NCBI RefSeq assembly: GCF_041904905.1
Contig: NZ_JAYRMI010000003.1
Coordinates: 42,370-106,369, forward strand
Source of the DNA: Zoogloea sp.
GTDB lineage: Bacteria; Pseudomonadota; Gammaproteobacteria; Burkholderiales; Rhodocyclaceae
Length of the DNA: 64,000 nucleotides
Reading direction: 5' to 3'
Shown here piece by piece: positions 9,014-17,145 of this stretch. Under the pieces are notes generated by a model that made no database searches, was not told where the DNA came from, and saw only the letters and a program-made list of their open reading frames with translations. Position 1 is the stretch's first letter. The number at the start of each line of letters is the position of its first letter. The position numbers were made by a program, and so were the translations under genes.

Positions 9014-11119
9014 ATGCCAACCACCCGAATATCCAAAATGCGACGTCCCCTAGCAGCACCGACATCGCGTCTGCCTGCGCTCCGGGAAACCGCGTCTGCG
9101 CTGCTGCGGATACTTTCGGCTGGCGATGCATCCCGGCACGATATTGCTCGCGTCATTATCCTCGATCCGGTGATGGTTTTCGAGTTGCTTTTGACAGCAC
9201 CGCTGAGCAAGAGCGATCTTTCTATTGCCCTGCTCGATGTGCTCATCGAGCGCCTCGAGCGGATTGACGCGGGCCTGCTCCAGGCGTGGTCGCTGCGCCA
9301 CATGATCCAGCAGCCGCAGCACCGGATCTCGCCCCGCGCCCACCGGCACCACACGCTGCACAGCCTGTTCGTTGCCGAGCTGGCGGTCAATCTGGCCCGC
9401 GAGATGGGCTACCCCCACCCCGACGAAGCCCGCTCCGCCGGCCTGCTGCACGACATCGGCCTGCTGTGGCTCAACGAGTACGGCGAGCACTACGGCCGCG
9501 TGCTCGCCGACGCCATCGACGAGCGCAGCCTGTCCGCCGCCGAGTGGGAGCGCTACGGCCTCGACCACGCCGAGATTTCGGCCGATCTGGCGGCCCGCTG
9601 CGGCTTTCCGCTGGGCATCGTGGATGCCATCGCCCTGCACCAGGCCGAGCCGGAGGCCGTCGACACCGCCCACCCGCTGGTCCGGGTGATCGCCGCCGCC
9701 GAAGAGCTGGCCAGCTACCGGGGCAGCCAGTCGGCCGCCAGCCTGGAAGGCGCCAGCCGCCTCACCAAGATCGACGGCAACGTGCTGGTCAGCCTGCTCG
9801 CCGACACCACCCGTGGCATGCAGGAGATGGTGCGTCCCCTCGACATCGTCGTCGAGCCCACCATGCTCACCCTCCCCTGGGCGGCCCCCAGCGCCGACGC
9901 CGAGCGCGAGAGCGTCGATGGCGGCATCGCCCGCACCGCGCTCACCGCCTTCGCCCGCAGCGCCTTCATCGACGCCGCCACGGCGCGTCAGAGCTTCGAC
10001 GTGGCCACCCGCCTGCTCCTGGGCCTGGACGCCCCGGTGCTCTTCGTCAAGGCCGAAACCGACAACGATCTGGTGGGCGCACCGACGATCACCCACCCGG
10101 GCCTCGACCAGATCCGCATCTCCGCCCGCGACCCCCACAGCGCCGTCGCCGAGGCCTTCCGCAACGGCGCCGAATCCCGCTACCAGAGCGGCCCGCGCCC
10201 GCCCGGCCGGTGCGCCGCCGACTGGCAGCTGGCCCGCTGGCTCGACAGCGACGGCCTGCTCTGCGTGCCCTGGCAGAACGCCCACGAGGCCGGCGTCGCC
10301 GTCTTCCCCTGCGCCGGCGCCGAAGTGCCGGGCACCGGCATCGAGCCCGCCCTGCGCCGCTCGGTCACCGAGGCCGCCACCAGCCGCATCTCCGAACGTC
10401 GCGCCGAAGAGCAGATGCGCCTCGACCTGGAAGACAGCATCGCCCGCCGCTACGTGGAGCACGCCCGCCGCATCGCCCACGAGGCCAGCAACCCCCTCAC
10501 CGTCATCAAGACCTACCTGGGCCTGATTGACGAGCGGGTCGAAGACCCCACCCTCAAAGAGCAACTCGGTCTCCTCAGCGAGGAGCTTGACCGGGTCGGC
10601 TCGCTGGTGCGCAAGGCCAGCGATTTCACCTCGATGACCCCATCCGGCCCGGCCCACAGCGGCGTTGCCGAGATCCTGCACGATCTGCGGGCCCTCTACG
10701 GCGAGGCCCTGTTTGCCCGCAAGGGGATCAGCTTCGAGCTGCGCACCTCCCCCAACCTGCCCGCCGCCGCCATTCCGCCGGACGCCCTCAAGCAGGTGTT
10801 CCTCAACCTCTTCAAGAACGCCGCCGAGGCCATCCCCGAAGGGGGCAAGCTCACCGTGTCGGCCGTCGCCGGCATCAACGCCAACGGCAGCCAGTGCATG
10901 GAGATCCGGATCGTCGACAACGGCCCGGGCCTCGCCCCCGAGCGCATCGAGACCCTGTTCAACCCCGGCGCCCGCAACAGCGACAAGCCGGGCGGCGGCG
11001 TCGGCCTGCCGCTGGTCCGCGAGCTGGTCGCGGCGGTCGGCGGCACCATCCTGTGCCGCAGCCAGCCGGGCTCCGGCACAGTGTTCCAGATCTTCATGCC
11101 ACTGGCGGCAACCCACTGA
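9014..11119 (+). CDS. Cytoplasmic HDOD-domain sensor histidine kinase
   Basis: HDOD with AGLLHDIG; H-box IAHEASNPLTVI; N-box VFLNLFKNAAEA; DNGPG and GGGVGL boxes; no clear transmembrane helix. Confidence 0.88.
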   Translation: MPTTRISKMRRPLAAPTSRLPALRETASALLRILSAGDASRHDIARVIILDPVMVFELLLTAPLSKSDLSIALLDVLIERLERIDAGLLQAWSLRHMIQQPQHRISPRAHRHHTLHSLFVAELAVNLAREMGYPHPDEARSAGLLHDIGLLWLNEYGEHYGRVLADAIDERSLSAAEWERYGLDHAEISADLAARCGFPLGIVDAIALHQAEPEAVDTAHPLVRVIAAAEELASYRGSQSAASLEGASRLTKIDGNVLVSLLADTTRGMQEMVRPLDIVVEPTMLTLPWAAPSADAERESVDGGIARTALTAFARSAFIDAATARQSFDVATRLLLGLDAPVLFVKAETDNDLVGAPTITHPGLDQIRISARDPHSAVAEAFRNGAESRYQSGPRPPGRCAADWQLARWLDSDGLLCVPWQNAHEAGVAVFPCAGAEVPGTGIEPALRRSVTEAATSRISERRAEEQMRLDLEDSIARRYVEHARRIAHEASNPLTVIKTYLGLIDERVEDPTLKEQLGLLSEELDRVGSLVRKASDFTSMTPSGPAHSGVAEILHDLRALYGEALFARKGISFELRTSPNLPAAAIPPDALKQVFLNLFKNAAEAIPEGGKLTVSAVAGINANGSQCMEIRIVDNGPGLAPERIETLFNPGARNSDKPGGGVGLPLVRELVAAVGGTILCRSQPGSGTVFQIFMPLAATH

Positions 11120-11131
11120 CTTGATGCATCA

Positions 11132-13384
11132 TTGCCGCGCCAATTAGAAGAGCCATGCCCGGGAGTCACAATGGTCATCCCCTGGGAAGGAACTTCCTTC
11201 CCGACAGAGGCAAACCGGCGGACGCCGGCCGAGTCTCTCACCCGAATCCTTGTCGTCGACGATGAACCGTCCCTTCGGCGGTCGGTGGGCGCCCTCCTCC
11301 AGGGCAACGACCGGCTGATCGAAGACTGCGGCTCCGTCGCCGAGACCCTCGCACGTCTCAACACCCGCTCCTACGACCTGCTGATCCTCGACTTCCGCCT
11401 GCCCGATGCCTCCGGTCTGGCGGTGATGGACTGGCTGCTCAGCAACGACCGCCGCGAGTCGGTCATCATGATCAGCGGCGAGCAATCCATGGAAGCCGCC
11501 ATCGGCGCCCTGCGCCGCGGCGCCGACGACTTCCTCATCAAGCCCTACGGCGCCGACCAGATCCGCCGTGCGGTGGCGGGCGCCCTCCTCAAGCGGCAGT
11601 CCGAGCGCACCCAGCGGCTCAACCAGCAGCGGCTCCAGTCATCCGAGCAGATGCACCGCTATCTGGTCGAAAACTCCCTCGACCTGATCTACACCCTCGA
11701 CGCCGAAGGCCGCTTCAACTACCTCAACCTGCGCATCGAATCGCTGCTCGGCCACTCCCGGAACGCGCTGATCGGCAAGCACTTCTCCGAGATCGTCCAC
11801 CCCGAGGATCTGGAAAGGGCGCGCTTCACCTTCAACGAGCGGCGGACCGGCCCCCGCGCCACGATCAACATCGAGCTGCGTCTGGCCCGCAATCCCTACG
11901 GGGCCGACGGCGACGACACCGGCCCGGTGGCCGTCGTGCTCAACGCGATGGGCATCTACAACAGCGTCGAATCGCGCTCGCCGTCCCACTACGCCGGCAC
12001 CTACGGCGCGGCCCGCAGCCTGCCCGCGCTGCGCACCATCGAGGCCACCCCGCGCTACCAGACCTACCACGACCCCCTCACCCAGCTCCCCAACAACGAG
12101 CTGTTCCAGGACCGCCTCAACCTGGCCATCACCCAGGCCAAGCGGCGCAAGGGGCTCATCGCGGTCATGTTCATCGACATGGACCGCTTCAAGCAGGTCA
12201 ACGAGAGCCACGGCCAGGGCGAAGGCGACGCCCTGCTCCGCTCGGTGGCCCTGCGCCTCAAGCAGTGCCTTCGCCGGGGCGACACCCTCACCCGCCACCG
12301 CAGCGACGAGTTCGTGGTGCTGCTGCCCGACATCAACGACCAGGAAGACGCCCGCGCCATCGCCGAGAAGGTGCTGCTCGCCTTCCGCAAGCCCTTCCCC
12401 CTCAGCGAGGGCGAGGTCACCATCACCCTCAGCATGGGCATCGCCCTGCACCCCGAAGACGGCGACACCGCCGAGGATCTGGTCCAGCACGCCAGCGTGG
12501 CGATGCATCAGGTCAAGGGCGACGGCCGCAACGCCTACAGTTTCTTTTCGCCGGACATGCACGCCAGCTACCGCACGCGGGTGTCCCTCGAAAAGGAATT
12601 GCGCCAGGCCATCAGCCGCAACGAGTTCGAGCTGCACTACCAGCCGCTGGTCAGCCTCTCCCAGGACCGCATCACCGGCATGGAGGCGCTGGTGCGCTGG
12701 CGCCACCCGTCCCACGGCATCGTCTCGCCATCGCGCTTCATCCACTTCGCCGAAGAAGCCGGGATCATCCACGAGATCAGCCGCTGGGTGCTCGAGACCG
12801 GCTGCGCCCAGCTCGCCGTGTGGCGCCGCCAGTTCCCGGATCTACGCCTCACCGCCAACCTCTCGTCGCGGGATTTCGACCAGTCCGACCTCTCCGACAC
12901 CATCTCCCGCACCCTGTCGCGCAACGGGCTGGCCGCCGGCAGCCTGGAACTCGAGATCGCCGAGAGCCTGCTCCTCGAGAACACCGAGCGGGTCGCCCCG
13001 CGCCTGCAGAACCTCCGGGAGCTGGGCGTCGGCGTCTCGATCCACGACTTCGGCACCGGCTACTCGTCCCTGGTCAGCCTGCAGCGCTACGGCGTCACCC
13101 GCCTCAAGATCGACCGCAGCTTCGTGCGGGACATGAACGGCCACGGCAACCACCCCATCATCAGCGCCATCGCCGGCATCGCCCAGGGCTTCGACATCCG
13201 GCTGGCCGCCGAAGGCGTCGAGCGCGGCGAACAGATGACCACCCTCGACAGCATGGGCTGCGACGAGATGCAGGGCTTCTACTTCTCCCGGCCGGTGGAC
13301 GCCGAAGCCGCCACCCGCCTGCTGCGGGATTTCCGCCCCTCCCGCCTCAACCCGGGCCAGGTGGCCACCCCGCCCCTCGCCTGA
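11132..13384 (+). CDS. REC-PAS-GGDEF-EAL response regulator with altered catalytic motifs
   Basis: ILVVDDE...LILDFRLP receiver; PAS (IVHPEDL); RHRSDEF in place of RLGGDEF; MEALVRW; IHDFGTGYSSL; LKIDRSFV; AEGVE. Start may be somewhat downstream. Confidence 0.92.
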   Translation: MPRQLEEPCPGVTMVIPWEGTSFPTEANRRTPAESLTRILVVDDEPSLRRSVGALLQGNDRLIEDCGSVAETLARLNTRSYDLLILDFRLPDASGLAVMDWLLSNDRRESVIMISGEQSMEAAIGALRRGADDFLIKPYGADQIRRAVAGALLKRQSERTQRLNQQRLQSSEQMHRYLVENSLDLIYTLDAEGRFNYLNLRIESLLGHSRNALIGKHFSEIVHPEDLERARFTFNERRTGPRATINIELRLARNPYGADGDDTGPVAVVLNAMGIYNSVESRSPSHYAGTYGAARSLPALRTIEATPRYQTYHDPLTQLPNNELFQDRLNLAITQAKRRKGLIAVMFIDMDRFKQVNESHGQGEGDALLRSVALRLKQCLRRGDTLTRHRSDEFVVLLPDINDQEDARAIAEKVLLAFRKPFPLSEGEVTITLSMGIALHPEDGDTAEDLVQHASVAMHQVKGDGRNAYSFFSPDMHASYRTRVSLEKELRQAISRNEFELHYQPLVSLSQDRITGMEALVRWRHPSHGIVSPSRFIHFAEEAGIIHEISRWVLETGCAQLAVWRRQFPDLRLTANLSSRDFDQSDLSDTISRTLSRNGLAAGSLELEIAESLLLENTERVAPRLQNLRELGVGVSIHDFGTGYSSLVSLQRYGVTRLKIDRSFVRDMNGHGNHPIISAIAGIAQGFDIRLAAEGVERGEQMTTLDSMGCDEMQGFYFSRPVDAEAATRLLRDFRPSRLNPGQVATPPLA

Positions 13385-13460
13385 GCCACGCCGGGCACCT
13401 CAAACCGTCACACTTCCCCGCTAGATTTGCCCCATCGTCGAACCCACTGAGGATCTCGTC

Positions 13461-13691
13461 ATGGGAATGTACCGTCTCCTCCTGGCCTCACCCCGCCAGC
13501 CCGAAGCCCCCCGCCTCGTCGCCGAACATCTCGACCCCGCCTGGCTCAAGCAGCGCGGCTACGAGATCGCCCGCACCCTGGGCGACGCCGCCGCGCTCTG
13601 GGCCGCCCGCCCCGGCACCGAGCGCCAGCTCGCCCTGCACTGCCGCACCGGCCACGCGCTGGCCATCGTCAGCGGCCAGCCGCCGCAGTAA
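13461..13691 (+). CDS. Small hypothetical protein (76 aa)
   Basis: GAGGA RBS-like motif upstream; codon usage matches neighbours; followed by a GC-rich hairpin. Confidence 0.6.
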   Translation: MGMYRLLLASPRQPEAPRLVAEHLDPAWLKQRGYEIARTLGDAAALWAARPGTERQLALHCRTGHALAIVSGQPPQ

Positions 13692-13697
13692 ACGCAA

Positions 13698-13729
13698 CGC
13701 GGCGGCCACAGGGGCCGCCGCGAAAAAAA
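13698..13729. terminator. Hairpin between convergent genes
   Basis: 10-bp stem CGCGGCGGCC / GGCCGCCGCG with 5-nt loop and flanking A7 tract. Confidence 0.65.
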
Positions 13730-13742
13730 CAGGGCGCCGGTC

Positions 13743-14579
13743 TCAGCGCCGGAAAGGGATCAGCTCGCCGGCCGAAAAGCCCTTGTCCTTCAACCGGGCC
13801 TGGGCCGCCACCGCGTCCCGGCGGTCATTGAACGGCCCCACCACCACCCGGGTTTCCAGCTGCGCCGGGATGCCCTCGGCCGACAGCCGGGCGCGCAGCG
13901 CCTCGGCCTGGGCCGGGGTGCCGAACACCCCCACCTGAACCGCGTAAGCGCTCTGGCCTTCACCCGCAGCCGGCGCCCTGGGCGCGGCGGGCACCGTCGC
14001 CACCGCCGGAGCGGGCGCAGGCGCAGGCGCCACCGTCGCGGCCGGCGCAGAGACCGTCGGTGTGGCCACCGCGCGGGGCGGTACGGCCTGAGGCACAGCG
14101 CCGGCAGCAGGCGCCGACGTCGCGGCCTCATGCCTGCGGGCCGGCTCGGCGGGCGCCGTCGCAACGGCGGCCTGACCGCCCGCGCGCAGCACCGGACGCG
14201 TCTCCTCGACCGGCTTGCGGGCGCGTTCGAGCCGGTCGCCCCTGTCGCCCCTGTCGCCCTTATCGCCGGAGGGCAAAGGCGGCGGCGTCGCGCTCCCCTC
14301 GACCGGCGGCGGGGGCGCAGGCTCAGCCGGCACCGCCGCGCGCACCACGTCCGGCGCCGCATCGCGGGCTGGCTCGGGCGCGGTCACCTGGGCCGGCGCG
14401 ATGGGTTTGGTCGGCACCACCACCGCCTCCGGCTGAGGCGGGCGGGACAGATGATCGAAAACGGCGAGCCCCCCCAGCAGGACGGCGATCAAGCCCCCCG
14501 CCACGCCCGCACGCACCCACAACTGCCGGCGGGGATCGTCGTCCCCGTCCAGCTCCGGCACATCCGGCCTGTCCGTCAT
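13743..14579 (-). CDS. SPOR domain cell-division / peptidoglycan-binding protein
   Basis: One N-terminal TM helix (LWVRAGVAGGLIAVLLGGLAVF), long Pro/Ala linker, C-terminal YAVQVGVF...RVVVGPF SPOR domain. Start overlaps the upstream stop. Confidence 0.85.
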   Translation of the reverse strand: MTDRPDVPELDGDDDPRRQLWVRAGVAGGLIAVLLGGLAVFDHLSRPPQPEAVVVPTKPIAPAQVTAPEPARDAAPDVVRAAVPAEPAPPPPVEGSATPPPLPSGDKGDRGDRGDRLERARKPVEETRPVLRAGGQAAVATAPAEPARRHEAATSAPAAGAVPQAVPPRAVATPTVSAPAATVAPAPAPAPAVATVPAAPRAPAAGEGQSAYAVQVGVFGTPAQAEALRARLSAEGIPAQLETRVVVGPFNDRRDAVAAQARLKDKGFSAGELIPFRR

Positions 14580-15097
14580 GCTCCCCCCTCCGCCCGCGCC
14601 AGCGCGCACACCAGCTCGGCCTCCGCCACTGAAATTCCGCAGTGCTCCGCGATCTGCGCCGCGGGAATCCCTCGTCCGGCCAGCAGCATCGCCTCGGAGT
14701 GCTGCGGCGATTCCGGACGCACATACTGGGGCTGCGGCTGGGCCAGCGCCCGATCGTGGGCCGCCTGCAGCTCGTTCATGTCGAGGCGCAGGGCCACCAG
14801 CTCGCTGCGCAGGAAATCCTGCTCGGTGCGCAGCTGGGCCACATCCCGACGCAGCTGCTGGATCTCGATCTCGTTGAGGGTTTCCTGGGGGACCGCCAGC
14901 GGGTCGGGCGGCGCCACCTGGGCGGGGGCCGGATCGGCCGGCGCATCGGCCACCACCGTCTGGGGCGACCGGGCTTCGCCCTCGGCGGCCCTGCCCGCCC
15001 GGCCCGGGAGGGCCAAGCGGAAGAGGATCACCGCCAGATAGATGGAGAGCACGGCGACCAGCGCCCAGACGCCCTCCCGCAAGCCTACATCGATCAT
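14576..15097 (-). CDS. DUF2802-like membrane-anchored coiled-coil protein
   Basis: N-terminal TM, coiled coil, C-terminal GIPAAQIAEHCGISVAEAELV helix-turn-helix-like motif. Confidence 0.72.
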   Translation of the reverse strand: MIDVGLREGVWALVAVLSIYLAVILFRLALPGRAGRAAEGEARSPQTVVADAPADPAPAQVAPPDPLAVPQETLNEIEIQQLRRDVAQLRTEQDFLRSELVALRLDMNELQAAHDRALAQPQPQYVRPESPQHSEAMLLAGRGIPAAQIAEHCGISVAEAELVCALARAEGGA

Positions 15098-15264
15098 CGC
15101 GCCGGCTCCCCGGCTGCGGCGCTGCCCTTCGACTTAAACCTTGTGCTGACGATGATCGTTCCCCCGGAAACTGGCGCATTTAGGACTGAATTTGACGCTG
15201 CGATAATAGCCGTGCGCCTCTTCAGCGACAATGCGACTTCTCGCTTCAGGTGCGTCTTTTCATC

Positions 15265-16011
15265 ATGTTCTTCCTCAAAAAGCTCGTCGGCCTGCTCCTG
15301 CAGCCCCCGCTCCTGCCCCTCGTCGCCATCGGCGCCGGTCTGCTGCTGCAGCGCTGGCGGCCGCGGGCGGGCCGGGTGCTGGCCTGGGGCGGCCTCGCCC
15401 TTGCCGTGGCGCTGGTTGCGCCGCCGGTGGTGGACGCCCTCCTCGACAACCTGGAAGACCTGCCCGCGGTGCAGCCGGCGCAGCTCGAAGGCGCCGGCGC
15501 CATCGCGATCCTGGGCGGCGGTGCGCGGACCAATGCGCCCGAGTTCGGCGGCCAGACGGTCAATCGGATCACTCTCGAGCGGCTCCGCTACGGCGCCCGG
15601 CTGGCCCGGTCGTCGGGCCTGCCGGTGCTGGTGAGCGGGGGCGCCCCGAGCGGCAGTCAGCCCGAAGCGGAGTTGATGAAGCGCGCCCTGGAGGAGGATT
15701 TCGGGGTGCCGGTGCGGTGGGTCGAGGCGGCGTCGCTGGACACCGTCGACAACGGCCGCCTGAGTGCTGCGATGCTGCAGGCGGCCGGCGTGCGGCGGGT
15801 GGTGCTGGTCACCCACGCCGCGCACATGCACCGCTCGCTGGAAGCCTTCCAGGCGGCCGGGCTGGAGCCGGTGGCGGCCCCCACCGGCTTCTTGCGCCGG
15901 GGGCCGTCCGACGAACCGCAGCCCCGCTTTCCAAGCATGAACTCAGCCTTCGCCGGCAGCTACGCCATTCACGAGTGGCTGGGCCTGCTGGCCTTCCGCC
16001 TCAGCCATTGA
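15265..16011 (+). CDS. YdcF / DUF218 (ElyC/SanA-like) envelope protein
   Basis: AIAILGGG, ERLRYGARL, VLVSGG, SLDTVDNG and VLVTHAAHMHRS motifs; two N-terminal TM helices. Confidence 0.88.
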   Translation: MFFLKKLVGLLLQPPLLPLVAIGAGLLLQRWRPRAGRVLAWGGLALAVALVAPPVVDALLDNLEDLPAVQPAQLEGAGAIAILGGGARTNAPEFGGQTVNRITLERLRYGARLARSSGLPVLVSGGAPSGSQPEAELMKRALEEDFGVPVRWVEAASLDTVDNGRLSAAMLQAAGVRRVVLVTHAAHMHRSLEAFQAAGLEPVAAPTGFLRRGPSDEPQPRFPSMNSAFAGSYAIHEWLGLLAFRLSH

Positions 16012-16030
16012 ACCGACACGCCCCGACGCC

Positions 16031-16234
16031 ATGACCGATTCCCAGCCCACCGACCCCTCCGACCCCAGCTGCCGCCACTGCCGCTACTTTCTGGCCACCG
16101 ACAGCACCGGCGGAACCTGCCACCGCTACCCGCCCACCTTCGCCGGCGCCCAGTCGCCCCGGGAAGATCACCGATGGCGCTTTCCCATCGTCGGCGGGCG
16201 GGCCTGGTGCGGCGAGTTCAGGCCCCACGACTGA
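16031..16234 (+). CDS. Small four-cysteine protein (67 aa), possible Fe-S or zinc ligand
   Basis: C14-x2-C17-x12-C30-x29-C60; CRHCRYF, GTCHRYPP and AWCGEF motifs. Confidence 0.7.
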   Translation: MTDSQPTDPSDPSCRHCRYFLATDSTGGTCHRYPPTFAGAQSPREDHRWRFPIVGGRAWCGEFRPHD

Positions 16235-16252
16235 CCGGCGGCCGGCGCCGCC

Positions 16253-17050
16253 TCAGCCCTGGAAGCGGGCCTTGCGCTTGCCCAGGAAGGCGTCGATGCC
16301 CTCGTCGAAATCCGGCCGCGCGGCGCAGCGGGCGAAGGCTTCGGCCTCCAGCAGGAGCTGGGTGTCGAGGCTCTGGTCGGCGGACTGGTTGAGCAGGCGC
16401 TTCATCTCGGCGTAGGTTTCCCGCGGGCCGGCCAGGATGCGGCCCACCAGCGCCGCCACTGCGTCGTCCAGCCCGGCCAGCGGCACGACCCGGTTCACCA
16501 CGCCCAGGCGCTGGGCTTCGGCGGCGTCGAAACGGTCGGCCAGCAGCAGCAGCTCGAAGGCCTTGTGACGGCCAACGATGCGCGGCAGGAACCACGACAC
16601 GCCCCCGTCGCCCGACAGGGCGATGCTGGCGTAGGCGGTGGTGAAGTAGGCGTTGTCGGCCGCCACCACCATGTCGCAGCCCAGCGCCAGCGACAGGCCG
16701 AAGCCGGCGCACGCGCCGTGCACGCGGCCGATCACCGGCACCCGCAGCTCGGCCAGGGCCTCGACGCTGCGGTTGATGTGCTGCTCGATGGTGGCCCGGA
16801 AGCTGGCAATGCGGCTTTCGGGCGAGAGGTGCAGCTGGCCGGCAAAATCCTTCAGGTCGCCGCCGGCCATGAAGTGCTCGCCGGCGCCCTGGATCACCAC
16901 CGCCCGCAGATCGCGCCGGTGGGCGAGCTGGGCGGTGGCGTCGGAAAGGGCGTGCATCATCTCGAAGGACAGCGCGTTGAGCGCCTTCGGCCGGTTGAGG
17001 GTCAGCGTGGCGACGCCGTTGGCCACGTCGAGCAGGATGGGAGAGGTCAT
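16253..17050 (-). CDS. Enoyl-CoA hydratase/isomerase (crotonase) family, PaaG-like
   Basis: LTLNRPKALNAL, FMAGGDLK, GACAGFG, LSGDGG motifs. Confidence 0.92.
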   Translation of the reverse strand: MTSPILLDVANGVATLTLNRPKALNALSFEMMHALSDATAQLAHRRDLRAVVIQGAGEHFMAGGDLKDFAGQLHLSPESRIASFRATIEQHINRSVEALAELRVPVIGRVHGACAGFGLSLALGCDMVVAADNAYFTTAYASIALSGDGGVSWFLPRIVGRHKAFELLLLADRFDAAEAQRLGVVNRVVPLAGLDDAVAALVGRILAGPRETYAEMKRLLNQSADQSLDTQLLLEAEAFARCAARPDFDEGIDAFLGKRKARFQG

Positions 17051-17145
17051 GGGAGGCGGTTCCGGAGTTTCAGGAGGTTCGTGACCGCCATTTTGACCTC
17101 GATGCCCGGGTGGCGGAAAGGCCCCGCCGCCCGGGTGGCCGCCGG

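Noticed and set aside
9050-12772. Long minus-strand ORFs (688 aa, 377 aa)
   Set aside because: Mirror the kinase and GGDEF/EAL genes codon for codon; no independent evidence.
14580-15179. N-terminal extension of the SPOR ORF
   Set aside because: Alternative frame over DUF2802; the real start overlaps the DUF2802 stop.
15120-15250. Sigma28 promoter for DUF2802
   Set aside because: No TAAA-N15-GCCGATAA with correct spacing on either strand.
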